Below are positions 47,955 through 57,555 of a stretch of DNA of 64,000 nt, in pieces (within the stretch, counting starts at the first letter, position 1; the number at the start of each line of letters is the position of its first letter). The notes beneath the pieces were generated by a model. The model was given only the letters and a program-made list of their open reading frames with translations. It made no database searches and was not told the DNA's origin. Both the position numbers and the translations under genes were made by a program. This DNA is from Candidatus Cloacimonadales bacterium (GTDB taxonomy: Bacteria; Cloacimonadota; Cloacimonadia; Cloacimonadales; DAONDQ01), in NCBI GenBank assembly GCA_963662275.1, contig OY759316.1, positions 384,001-448,000 on the forward strand. Direction: 5' to 3'.

Positions 47955-48701
47955 TTGCCAAAAATTGAACCTGTTATCAAAGTCAGGAATCTTGTTGCCC
48001 AATATGGTGAAACAACTATCCTGGATGATGTTAGTATTGATATCTATCCGGGGGAAGTTACTGTCATTCTGGGTGGAAGTGGTTGTGGAAAGACAACATT
48101 ATTGAGAAATATCCTTCGTTTACAGGAACCTCATGCAGGGACAGTTGAAATCTTTGGAAAAGATGTAACCAATATGGATGAACAAGAATTTAACCTGATT
48201 CTCAGGAGAATTGGAATGCTGTTTCAGAATGGTGCCTTATTGAATTCCATATCTCTATATGAAAATGTCTCCATTCCCTTAGAATTACATACTACCTTGA
48301 CCCCAGCATTAATGGATAGGATTATTCGGGTAAAAATGCATCTAGTCAATTTGGATAAAGCTTCTCATTTACTGCCTTCAGAATTATCAGGAGGTATGAG
48401 AAAACGTGCTGCATTAGCAAGAGCTTTGGCTCTGGATCCAGAGATTTTGTTCTGTGATGAACCATCCGCAGGATTAGACCCACTAACCAGCGAATCTTTG
48501 GATGAACTTATTCTTAAGTTAAAAAAACAATTAGAAATGACAATCGTCATTGTTACACATGAGCTGGCTTCTATTCATCGTGTTGCTGATCGTATCATCT
48601 TCCTGGATCATGGGAAAATGCTATTTGAAGGTACGTTAGAAGATGGAAAGAAATCAGGGATTCCCGAAATTGAAACTTTTTTTAGAGTTGGAAAGTACTG
48701 A
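47955..48701 (+). CDS. MlaF/Mkl-family ABC ATPase
   Basis: GGSGCGKT, MLFQNGAL, ELSGGMRKR, DEPSAGLDP, VTH; probable TTG start. Confidence 0.93.
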   Translation: MPKIEPVIKVRNLVAQYGETTILDDVSIDIYPGEVTVILGGSGCGKTTLLRNILRLQEPHAGTVEIFGKDVTNMDEQEFNLILRRIGMLFQNGALLNSISLYENVSIPLELHTTLTPALMDRIIRVKMHLVNLDKASHLLPSELSGGMRKRAALARALALDPEILFCDEPSAGLDPLTSESLDELILKLKKQLEMTIVIVTHELASIHRVADRIIFLDHGKMLFEGTLEDGKKSGIPEIETFFRVGKY

Positions 48702-48702
48702 G

Positions 48703-49689
48703 ATGGTATTTCTGAAGCAACCCTATAAACTATTTGTTATTTTGATTCTCTTTTTAATTTCAGTATCATTACTCGGTAAAGATGCGATAAATCATATAAC
48801 TTTCACACCGCAATGGCAACCTCAGGCGCAATTTGCCGGATATTATGTAGCGAAAGACATGGGAATATATCAGAAGTATGGATTAGATGTCGATATTCTT
48901 TCAGGGGGTCCAAATTCTCCCTCCGCAGATATGCTCCAACAAAGAAAAACTGACATTACAACGATGTTCTTATCTTCCGCTATTACTGAAAAGGCTAAAG
49001 GTCTTGATATTGTCAATATTGGTCAAGTCTCTCAAATGTCATCCCTGATCTTCGTTGCTAAAAAATCAAGCGGTATTCGTAAACCGGCAGATATGAACGG
49101 GAAAAAGATTGGGATTTGGTTTTCTGATTTTAAAGAAGTCCCTTTAGCTTTTCTCGACTCATATCATATCAAGGCAACAATCGTACCGATTGCTTCTACG
49201 GTGGACTTGTTCCTTGAAGATGGAATTGATGTTATGGCAGTGGAATGGTATAATGAATACCATCAGATCCTGGATGCTGGTTATAACCCTGATGAACTTG
49301 TGACTTTCTTTTTTAAAGATCATAATCTGAATATTTCTGAAGATGGTATTTATTGTTTGAGATCCACCTATCTACAGAATCCTGACATTTACAAGAAATT
49401 TGTAAAAGCATCAATGGAGGGATGGGAATATGCATTCAAACATCCAGATAGTGCAGTCAATATTGTAATTAAGTATATGAAGGGAAATCATACTCCTGCA
49501 AATAGATCTCATCAAACTTGGATGTTGAACCGAATGCATGATATTATTCAAGTGGGTGGAAAACCAGACTCAGGTTTAAAAGAGACAGATTTTGCCAGAA
49601 CCGGTTATATCTTACTGAAGAATGGCATGATCAAGAATATTCCTGCATATCATAGTTTTGTTGAAGGTTATGCTGATGCTACGAAATGA
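48703..49689 (+). CDS. NMT1/THI5-like periplasmic binding protein
   Basis: Signal peptide; WQPQAQFAGYYVA..G.Y..YGLDV; KFVKASMEGWEYA. Confidence 0.88.
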   Translation: MVFLKQPYKLFVILILFLISVSLLGKDAINHITFTPQWQPQAQFAGYYVAKDMGIYQKYGLDVDILSGGPNSPSADMLQQRKTDITTMFLSSAITEKAKGLDIVNIGQVSQMSSLIFVAKKSSGIRKPADMNGKKIGIWFSDFKEVPLAFLDSYHIKATIVPIASTVDLFLEDGIDVMAVEWYNEYHQILDAGYNPDELVTFFFKDHNLNISEDGIYCLRSTYLQNPDIYKKFVKASMEGWEYAFKHPDSAVNIVIKYMKGNHTPANRSHQTWMLNRMHDIIQVGGKPDSGLKETDFARTGYILLKNGMIKNIPAYHSFVEGYADATK

Positions 49690-51604
49690 AGGATTAGCTT
49701 ATAAAATCAGTCTTTTCGTTCTTATTGGAACGGTTGTTACCTTTATGATTATGATTGGTCTGAATTATTTCCATGCCAAATCCTTACTATTGCGTAATGT
49801 TCTGTCCAATGCTAAAAACATGACTTATTCCAAAATTAATAGTATAGAGACTGTCCTGGTATCGGCGGAAAAAGTACCTTTTAATCTTTCATTGTTACTT
49901 GATTATTCAGAAATATCAGAAGATAAACTGAATGCTTATATGCGACAAATAGTCATGTATAACCCTGAAGTCTATGGCTGTTGTGTTGCTTATGAACCCA
50001 ACATGTTCCCTGGAAAAGAGTTGTATGCTCCCTATTACTATAAAAAGAAAGGTGTTTTAAATTATGTCAATTTTCCCGATATAAATTACGAGTATCAATA
50101 TTGGAATTGGTACCAGATACCTAAAATGCTAAATAAACCAATTTGGTCAGAACCATATTTTGATGAAGGTGGCGGTAATATCGTAATGTCCACGTATTCA
50201 GTTCCATTTTATAATATGCAAAATGGGAAAAAAATCTTTAAGGGAATTGTAACTTGTGACATATCCTTAAGCTGGCTTCAACAAACAATGTCTACACTTT
50301 ATCTTGGAAATGGTGGTTATGCTTTCCTAATTTCCCGACGAGGAACGATCATCACACATCCGGATGTCAATAAGATCATGAATGAAAGTCTATTTTCGAT
50401 GGCAGAGGAAAGAAAAGATAAACAACTTCGTGAAATCGGGAGAAAAATGATTCATGGCGAAACCGGAATGGCACTTTTTGAGAGTAACGTATTAAAAAAT
50501 AAAACCTGGATATTCTATTCGCCATTGCCTTCAAATAAATGGTCGATGGGATTCGTATTACCAGAACGAGTACTTTGGGGAGATTTGGTGAATATGAATC
50601 GGTTCCTGATACTTGCAGGTATAATCGGTATCTTAATCCTGGTTGCATTAATAATTCTGGTTACCAGGAATTTCATCACTCCACTCAATAAGTTAGCAAT
50701 GTCGGTTGATTACATTGCAAAAGGTAATTTTGATACGATACTGCCAATTGTCAAAACGAATGATGAGATTGGGATATTAAGCGAATCTTTCTATCATATG
50801 CAGATTGCTTTAAAATCGTATATTCAAAATCTTATGGATACAACTGCGGCGCGAGAGAAAATTGACAGTGAATTAAAAATAGCACATGATATTCAAATGA
50901 ATATTGTTCCGCGTTCCTTTCCCCCTTTTCCCAATCGAAAGGAATTGGAGATTTATGCCATCCTGGAACCTGCAAGGGCTGTTGGGGGAGATTGGTATGA
51001 CTATTTCTTTACGGATGAAGATCATCTTTGTTTTACGATTGGAGATGTCTCTGGTAAAGGAATTCCGGCAGCTATCTTAATGGCTGTGATTCGAACATAC
51101 TTGAGAGCGAAGGCTACAAGTCTCGTGAATGTGGAAGAAATAATGACTGCGATTAATGTCGAGACATCAATCAACAATGAATATCTGATGTTTGCCACAA
51201 TTTTTATCGGAATAATTAATTTGAAAACGGGTATGCTCTATTTTTGTAATGCCAGCCATAACCCACCTTACATACTTCATGGAGAGGGTGAGATTACAAG
51301 AATCACAGATATGCATGGAGCTGCTGTAGGTATTTTTGAGGACAAAGTTTATACCTCTGATCGCATCCAGCTTAGTTCCGGTGATGCTATTATGCTATAT
51401 ACGGATGGTATTACCGAAGCCATGAATGAAAATGAGGATATGTTTGGTTATAGTAACCTCGAAAAAATACTTAGGCTGTTAGTTATGAATGATGCAAAAA
51501 CAATTGTGGATAATGTACGTGAAGAAGTAAGGAGATTCACCAACCAGGAAGAGCAGGTAGATGATATCACAATTGAAGTGATTCGATACTTGGGTACAGA
51601 GTAA
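49676..51604 (+). CDS. dCache-HAMP-SpoIIE (PP2C/RsbU-like) phosphatase
   Basis: WY..P..WSEPYFD; NDEIG.L; PAR.VGGDWYD, GDVSGKG.PAA, NASHNPP, LYTDGITEA, DDIT. Start approximate. Confidence 0.92.
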   Translation: MLRNEGLAYKISLFVLIGTVVTFMIMIGLNYFHAKSLLLRNVLSNAKNMTYSKINSIETVLVSAEKVPFNLSLLLDYSEISEDKLNAYMRQIVMYNPEVYGCCVAYEPNMFPGKELYAPYYYKKKGVLNYVNFPDINYEYQYWNWYQIPKMLNKPIWSEPYFDEGGGNIVMSTYSVPFYNMQNGKKIFKGIVTCDISLSWLQQTMSTLYLGNGGYAFLISRRGTIITHPDVNKIMNESLFSMAEERKDKQLREIGRKMIHGETGMALFESNVLKNKTWIFYSPLPSNKWSMGFVLPERVLWGDLVNMNRFLILAGIIGILILVALIILVTRNFITPLNKLAMSVDYIAKGNFDTILPIVKTNDEIGILSESFYHMQIALKSYIQNLMDTTAAREKIDSELKIAHDIQMNIVPRSFPPFPNRKELEIYAILEPARAVGGDWYDYFFTDEDHLCFTIGDVSGKGIPAAILMAVIRTYLRAKATSLVNVEEIMTAINVETSINNEYLMFATIFIGIINLKTGMLYFCNASHNPPYILHGEGEITRITDMHGAAVGIFEDKVYTSDRIQLSSGDAIMLYTDGITEAMNENEDMFGYSNLEKILRLLVMNDAKTIVDNVREEVRRFTNQEEQVDDITIEVIRYLGTE

Positions 51605-51609
51605 GAAGA

Positions 51610-52074
51610 TTATTGGATAAAACTAATTTGTCTCCATGCTTCATAAAGGATGATGGAAACACTATTTGCTAAATTGATTGAACGGATGTCACAAGTCATT
51701 GGAATAGTAATATTCCATTCCCGATATTTCTGCAGGATATCTTCTGGAATTCCTCTTGATTCAGGTCCAAACACAAACAGATCCCCTTGTTGATACATTC
51801 TTTCTGTATATAACCGTTTAGTTTTTGTTGTACAAAAATAGATATGATTAGTTGGATACTGTTCGATGAGGGCATCCAGAGAATCATGAAAGTACAACTG
51901 GAGTTTTTCCCAATAATCAAGTCCCGCTCTTTTCAGATGTTTGTCATCCAGAAAAAAACGCATGGGTTTGATGATATGCAACTCTGCACCGGAGCCAACA
52001 CATAACCGTCCAATATTTCCTGTATTGGCAGGTATTTCTGGTTGAAACAGGACAATTCTGAAACTGGTGGACAT
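51610..52074 (-). CDS. trmL: tRNA (cytidine/uridine-2'-O)-methyltransferase TrmL
   Basis: PEIPANTGNIGRLC, KRAGLDYW, FGPESRG, RSINLANSV..YEAWRQ. Confidence 0.95.
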   Translation of the reverse strand: MSTSFRIVLFQPEIPANTGNIGRLCVGSGAELHIIKPMRFFLDDKHLKRAGLDYWEKLQLYFHDSLDALIEQYPTNHIYFCTTKTKRLYTERMYQQGDLFVFGPESRGIPEDILQKYREWNITIPMTCDIRSINLANSVSIILYEAWRQISFIQ

Positions 52075-52129
52075 CAATATTCCTCAATTTATACTATAAT
52101 CATTAACAATGTCTTTAATGGCATACAAC

Positions 52130-53194
52130 TTATTCCATGAAATCAACATATCGAGCCCAGAAATCAAACCATTTCGAAGCACTTGTCCTGATTTGTTCTG
52201 GTGTTAAATTCTGATTCAGCGTGATTACAGACAGCGGGGCAAAGGAGAAGGAAGCGGGTGTCGGAATTGAAGGATCAATGGGATATATCCATTGAGTTTC
52301 CGGTATCATCGATTGAAAGGATTCCGAGATCATGAAATCCAGAAATTTCTTACCCAATTCCGGATGAGGTGCTTTTCTGATTAATCCACCTGCGGGTAAG
52401 TATAGAAACGATCCTTCTTCAGGTATAATACACTTGACTCTGTCAGTATTCATCGTTTCAATATAAAAAGCAGGACTCGTAGATAAACCGATCATCATGA
52501 TACCATCATCTTGGCGAAATAATTGTTTGCAGTTTGTCCATGTTGGTGTGATTTGTGTAATATTCTTACGAATACTATTCCAGAATTGCTCAAAACCATC
52601 ATTACCAAACGCAGCTACAGACCAATATAGACATGCTCTTCCCATGCCTGATTGATAGGCATCAGGAATCAATAATTGATGATAGTACTTTGCATCCTGC
52701 AATTCACCAAACGACTCGGGAGGATCAGTAACAAGATCTGAATCATAAATGATTGCCAAATGTCCATAGGCATATGGTACAAGGTGGAATGATGGATCAA
52801 ATAGATATTCCTTAGGTATCACATGCATGCCCGTAGGATGGTAGGTCTCGAAAAGATTATTCAGGATTACTTCATCTAAATTTGTATTATTTATCCCAAT
52901 CACAACATCTGCTTGAGGAGTGCTCTTTTCCTTTTTTAAACGCTCTATGAGTTGTCCGATATTAGGATTACTTACGACATCCACGGTACACTTATATTTC
53001 TGTTCAAATAAAGGAATTGCTTTTTGACCCAAACCGCTATTCATGAAGTCATCATCACAATAGAGAACCAGGATTTTATTCCTTATGGAGTTTTTATCCT
53101 TTGAATAACTTCCTGTACATGAAACAAGGTATACTGAAAGAACCAGTAATAAAAGAAAGTTCAGCTTCAATTTCAACCTCCGAAAAGAACCCAA
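52130..53194 (-). CDS. Thiamine-type ABC substrate-binding lipoprotein (TbpA/ThiB-like)
   Basis: Lipobox LVSC; RL..EK..PQADVVIGI; TSPAF; FQSMIPETQWIYP. Confidence 0.8.
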   Translation of the reverse strand: MGSFRRLKLKLNFLLLLVLSVYLVSCTGSYSKDKNSIRNKILVLYCDDDFMNSGLGQKAIPLFEQKYKCTVDVVSNPNIGQLIERLKKEKSTPQADVVIGINNTNLDEVILNNLFETYHPTGMHVIPKEYLFDPSFHLVPYAYGHLAIIYDSDLVTDPPESFGELQDAKYYHQLLIPDAYQSGMGRACLYWSVAAFGNDGFEQFWNSIRKNITQITPTWTNCKQLFRQDDGIMMIGLSTSPAFYIETMNTDRVKCIIPEEGSFLYLPAGGLIRKAPHPELGKKFLDFMISESFQSMIPETQWIYPIDPSIPTPASFSFAPLSVITLNQNLTPEQIRTSASKWFDFWARYVDFME

Positions 53195-53922
53195 GCCACG
53201 ACAAAATCCAATATTAGGATCAATATGGAAGAATAGACAACGGTTTCCGTTGTTACTTTTCCAACTCCTTCAGCACCACCTTCTGTTTTACTCCCTTCAA
53301 AACAGGCAATCGAAGTGATCACAAATCCGAAAAACAAAGATTTGACCAATCCGCCCCATAAATCAGATGGTAAGAAGTAATTCTTCATATTTAAGAAAAA
53401 AGTATATTGATTGACTCCATATTTCAGTATTGAGAAATAATAGGCTGAAAAGATACCTACAACATTGGCATAAATCGTGAGAAGGGGAATCATGACACAA
53501 CCAGCTATGATGCGGGGTAAGTAGAGATAATCATAAGGATCGATTGCCATGGTCTCCATGGCTTCCAATTGTTCCGTTACTTTCATGGAACCAATCTCTG
53601 CTGCCAGGGAAGCTCCAACTTTTCCGGCAAGAACAAGTGCGGTTAGAACAGGAGCTAATTCTATCATCGTTGACTTCCCAACCAAGACACCAATGAAGCT
53701 TTTTGGAATAAATCCATGTGTTTGATATGTAGCTTGGAGAGCTGTAACTAATCCTGTAAATGCTGAAGTAACTGAAATCAATAGGAGTGAATCAAATCCG
53801 GTTCGTTTCATTTGCTTCAGCACTTCGTTGTGTCTCTTTCCTAAGTGAGGGAAGTATCTAAAACACTGGAGAATAAAAAGGGTGTATTGCCCTATACGTC
53901 TAAAAATTGCTGTTATCATCGC
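53173..53922 (-). CDS. MlaE-family ABC permease (second copy)
   Basis: ELAPVLTAL.LAGKVGASLAAEIGSMKVTEQ; GGAEGVGKVTT. Start approximate. Confidence 0.9.
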   Translation of the reverse strand, partial: AMITAIFRRIGQYTLFILQCFRYFPHLGKRHNEVLKQMKRTGFDSLLLISVTSAFTGLVTALQATYQTHGFIPKSFIGVLVGKSTMIELAPVLTALVLAGKVGASLAAEIGSMKVTEQLEAMETMAIDPYDYLYLPRIIAGCVMIPLLTIYANVVGIFSAYYFSILKYGVNQYTFFLNMKNYFLPSDLWGGLVKSLFFGFVITSIACFEGSKTEGGAEGVGKVTTETVVYSSILILILDFVVAWVLFGG

Positions 53923-55255
53923 CTGAATACATATCAGTAAAAGTGGTAAACTCACCAATGAATTTCATTTGAATAAAACCTGTAGCGCCATGACGGTTCT
54001 TTCCTATAATAATTTCTGCTAATCCCTTGTTATCTTGTTTATCACGATTGTAATACTCATCACGATAGATAAACATCACAATATCAGCATCCTGCTCGAT
54101 GGCACCCGATTCACGTAGATCGGAAAGCATGGGGCGTTTATCTGTGCGATTTTCCAATCCTCGATTCAACTGTGAAAGAGCGATGATAGGTATTTTTAAT
54201 TCTTTTGCCAATATCTTCAAAGCCCTGGATATTTCAGATATTTCCTGTTGTCTGTTATCTCGATTTCTCTGGGAAGTCATGAGCTGCAAATAATCGATAA
54301 TCACCATATCCAAACCGCCAATCTCTGCTTTCAGTCTCCTGGTTTTAGCGCGAATATCGAGAGCTGAATTCGTACCGGTATCATCGATAAAAAGATGTTT
54401 CCTAGTTAAAGCATCTGCTGCTTGTGTGATTCGCATGACTTTCTCTTCGTTCATTCCATAGCCTTTGAGCATATCATCCATTTTGACCTCAGCAGCAGAA
54501 CTGAGCATCCTCATAAGCAATTCATCGCTAGACATTTCCATGGTGAAGATACCGATTTTCTTATCATGATACATCGCAGCATTAAATGCCATGTTCAAAG
54601 CCAATGAAGATTTACCCATAGCAGGACGGGCTGCAATAACAATGAATTGACCGGGACGAAAACCACCAATATTGGCATCCAAATCTTTGAATCCACTTGA
54701 TATACCTACAGTTGATGATCGGGTTTTCGCAACTTCTTCAATGTTCTTCAACGTCTCAGGAATGATATCACTGATTTTGATAAAAGCCCGAGACCAGGGA
54801 CGTTCAGCTACTTCAAAAATAGCCTGTTCGGCTTCATCTACAATATCGTCAACAGAACCATCCGCATCATAGCAGCGTTCTATAATGGAATTCGCAGCCG
54901 TTATCAATTGTCTCAGCAGTGCCTTTTCTAAAACGATCTTGGCATGATAATCAAGATTTGCTGCACTCATGACAACATCAGATAATTCACTGATATAAAT
55001 AGAACCACCTACTTTTTCCAAAAGATCATTTGTTTCTAATCTATTCATTAGGGTAATTGTATCAATTTCTGTATGATCTTCGAATAGACTTTGCATCATT
55101 CTAAAGATGATCTTATGGGCACTGCGATAAAAATGCTCTTCCTTCAAACCTTCCAACGCTTTTGCAACAGCATAGCTGTCAATTAGCATCGCAGAAAGTA
55201 CTGCCGCTTCTGCATTGATATCATATGGTAGGGAACGTTCCAATTGTTCAGCCAT
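53900..55255 (-). CDS. dnaB: Replicative DNA helicase DnaB
   Basis: AARPAMGKS, IDYLQLM, SQLNR, DLRESGAIEQDAD, KNRHG; no intein. Confidence 0.98.
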   Translation of the reverse strand: MAEQLERSLPYDINAEAAVLSAMLIDSYAVAKALEGLKEEHFYRSAHKIIFRMMQSLFEDHTEIDTITLMNRLETNDLLEKVGGSIYISELSDVVMSAANLDYHAKIVLEKALLRQLITAANSIIERCYDADGSVDDIVDEAEQAIFEVAERPWSRAFIKISDIIPETLKNIEEVAKTRSSTVGISSGFKDLDANIGGFRPGQFIVIAARPAMGKSSLALNMAFNAAMYHDKKIGIFTMEMSSDELLMRMLSSAAEVKMDDMLKGYGMNEEKVMRITQAADALTRKHLFIDDTGTNSALDIRAKTRRLKAEIGGLDMVIIDYLQLMTSQRNRDNRQQEISEISRALKILAKELKIPIIALSQLNRGLENRTDKRPMLSDLRESGAIEQDADIVMFIYRDEYYNRDKQDNKGLAEIIIGKNRHGATGFIQMKFIGEFTTFTDMYSGDDNSNF

Positions 55256-55492
55256 AATGATAACTTCCTTATATTTACTCTTAAATAGATGTATTTGTCA
55301 TTTAATGCTCCACCATTTGTCAAGGCTTGAATTTCAAATTCCATGAAATGTGCAATCTTTTTTCTTTTCAAATTAGAAAGAAATGAAAAAGAGTATCTGT
55401 ATGTGCTTATCTATTAACTTGGATGGTTATTTATATCCATAAAGAAGTTGTAGTAAATGTTATAAATAACATTTCATAATAAAAGGTGTATT

Positions 55493-56362
55493 TTGAAAAA
55501 TAAGTATCTGAAAGGTATGTTATTGATGGTATTCTCTGCCATCCTGTTTTCAGCAATGTCAATCATTGTTAAAAACCTTAGCAGTGTAAATACTTTTTTG
55601 ATCACGTTTATGAGATTCTTTACCGGTCTAGTATTTATTGTGATCTTGTATACTAGTGGTACGATACAGATCAAGCCGAAGAATTTACCATGGTTGGCTG
55701 TTCGCGGGGTCTTTGGGGCGCTTGCTGTGATGCTGTTGTACCTGGGAATTACCCGCATTGGGCTTGGTAAAGGAACTATGTTGAATTATACATATCCTGT
55801 CTTTGCTACAATATTAGCTCCCCTGTTGTTGAAAGAAAAGAATCTGCCTCGAATCTGGCTCATGCAGGGAATTGCATTAATAGGATGTTATTTGTTATTG
55901 AATCCGAAAGGATTCTTTCATTTCGCACTTATCGATCTGCTTGTCCTATTTGGAGGATTGTGCGCTGGAGTAGCTGTCAATTCTATCAAAAAACTGACTT
56001 ATACGAATTCTACCTATACGATATTCCTCAGCTTCTGTGTCTTTAGTTGCCTGATGTATGGATATCCGGCGTTTCATCACTTTCAAGCCTTATCAACTAT
56101 GAATTGGATATTGCTTATTTCCGTTGGGATATTGGGAACTGTAGGACAGCTTTGCATGACTTATGGTTATAAGTTTACACCGGTCAATGAAGGAAGCCTT
56201 ATAGCCTTCCTGGTACCGGCGTTGAATGTGATTATGGGAGTGTTGATGTTTTCCGAGAAAATGACAATCGGAATGTGGATTGGAAGTATCCTGATCATTG
56301 GATGCTGTGTTTATACGACGCTACAGAATCAGATGGATATGAATACAGAAATACCGATTTAA
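55493..56362 (+). CDS. DMT/EamA family transporter
   Basis: About 10 TM helices; RGVFG, P.FAT.LA.LLLKEK, GQL.MT.GY, FSEK. Confidence 0.9.
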   Translation: MKNKYLKGMLLMVFSAILFSAMSIIVKNLSSVNTFLITFMRFFTGLVFIVILYTSGTIQIKPKNLPWLAVRGVFGALAVMLLYLGITRIGLGKGTMLNYTYPVFATILAPLLLKEKNLPRIWLMQGIALIGCYLLLNPKGFFHFALIDLLVLFGGLCAGVAVNSIKKLTYTNSTYTIFLSFCVFSCLMYGYPAFHHFQALSTMNWILLISVGILGTVGQLCMTYGYKFTPVNEGSLIAFLVPALNVIMGVLMFSEKMTIGMWIGSILIIGCCVYTTLQNQMDMNTEIPI

Positions 56363-57007
56363 ACATCGAAGATGTGTCATAACATAGCCTGTAGTGGAAC
56401 GAAGTGGAACTACAGGAGCGTTTTAACGCATACCCAAACCCTTTGTGGGTGACATTATCCTATTCTTCATCTTGTAGTTTGAATCCATGCAATTCTATAA
56501 ATTTCGCATATTCTTCGGCAAAGGTGTGAATTCTATGATGTTCCTTCTGGTTTCGAATGTACTTTTCTACTGAATCCACATTTGATTTACTTACACTATA
56601 TGCTGCATATCCTGTTTGCCAATGAAACTTCGAATGATATTTTTCATTATACCATTTGCTGGAAAATGCTTTTATATTGCGTACAAAATCGGCTATCCCC
56701 ATCTCCTTAGGAAGAAGACATAATACGTGAATATGGTCTTCGTCCCCATTAACCAGGATTGGTATTCCATTGATTTTCTTTATTATACCAGCTATGTAAG
56801 TGTGCATTTCTTGTTGTTTTGTTTCATCGAGACGAAAGAAACGCTCATCAGTTGAAAAAATAATATGGATAGCAATATGACAATATGATTTAGACACAGT
56901 ACCCTCCCTCTTATGCCACCAACAAGGGGTTTATCTTGTTATTATCATTTTTCCTGTAGTTCCACTTCGTTCCACTACAGGCTATGTTATGCTACATCTG
57001 CGATGTT
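56362..57007. mobile_element. IS200/RAYT-like element framed by ~96-bp inverted repeats
   Basis: IR arms 56362-56457 and 56911-57007; perfect 40-bp core CATAACATAGCCTGTAGTGGAACGAAGTGGAACTACAGGA (56378-56417 / 56952-56991). Confidence 0.85.
56460..56897 (-). CDS. tnpA: IS200/IS605-family HUH (Y1) transposase, REP-associated type
   Basis: HIIFST..R, DHIHVL (HUH), WQTGY.AYSVS, YIRNQKEHH; GTG start after GGAGG; no tnpB. Confidence 0.92.
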   Translation of the reverse strand: MSKSYCHIAIHIIFSTDERFFRLDETKQQEMHTYIAGIIKKINGIPILVNGDEDHIHVLCLLPKEMGIADFVRNIKAFSSKWYNEKYHSKFHWQTGYAAYSVSKSNVDSVEKYIRNQKEHHRIHTFAEEYAKFIELHGFKLQDEE

Positions 57008-57066
57008 GCTTGATCCTTCTTCCTTTCACTACAGGTATATTATTATATCTTTACGAGGTTAATATG

Positions 57067-57555
57067 CTATTTCTTCTCTCCCTGAAACTTCTGTCTTAAA
57101 GCTTCCATGACATCGGTCGGTACAAATTCATTCAAATCAGCATTCAGCTTGGCAAGTTGACGAATCATACTGGAGGAAAGATACATATAGCGATAACTGG
57201 GGATCATAAAAACAGTTTCAATTTCCTGGTTCAGTTTTTTATTCATCAGAGCCAATTGCAATTCATATTCAAAATCAGAAACAGCTCGCATCCCTCGAAT
57301 CATAATTGTTGAGTCCATTTGTTTTGCAAAATCAACGACTAGTCCATCGAAAATCATTACTTTCACATTCGGAATATGTTTCGTTGCTTTTACACAGAGA
57401 CTGGTTCTTTCTTCCAAAGTAAAGAGCGATTCCTTACTTGTTTGTTGGGCGACAGCTAAGATAACCTCATCGAACATTTTAGCTGCTTTTTCCAGGATAT
57501 TCAAATGCCCATTTGTAATGGGATCAAATGTACCAGGATATATTGCTCGTTTCAT
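57067..57555 (-). CDS. coaD: Phosphopantetheine adenylyltransferase
   Basis: YPGTFDPITNGH, RGMRAVSDFEYE, LSSS. Confidence 0.97.
   Translation of the reverse strand: MKRAIYPGTFDPITNGHLNILEKAAKMFDEVILAVAQQTSKESLFTLEERTSLCVKATKHIPNVKVMIFDGLVVDFAKQMDSTIMIRGMRAVSDFEYELQLALMNKKLNQEIETVFMIPSYRYMYLSSSMIRQLAKLNADLNEFVPTDVMEALRQKFQGEKK

Noticed and set aside
53900..55255. Intein in DnaB
   Set aside because: Normal length (451 aa) with contiguous motifs.
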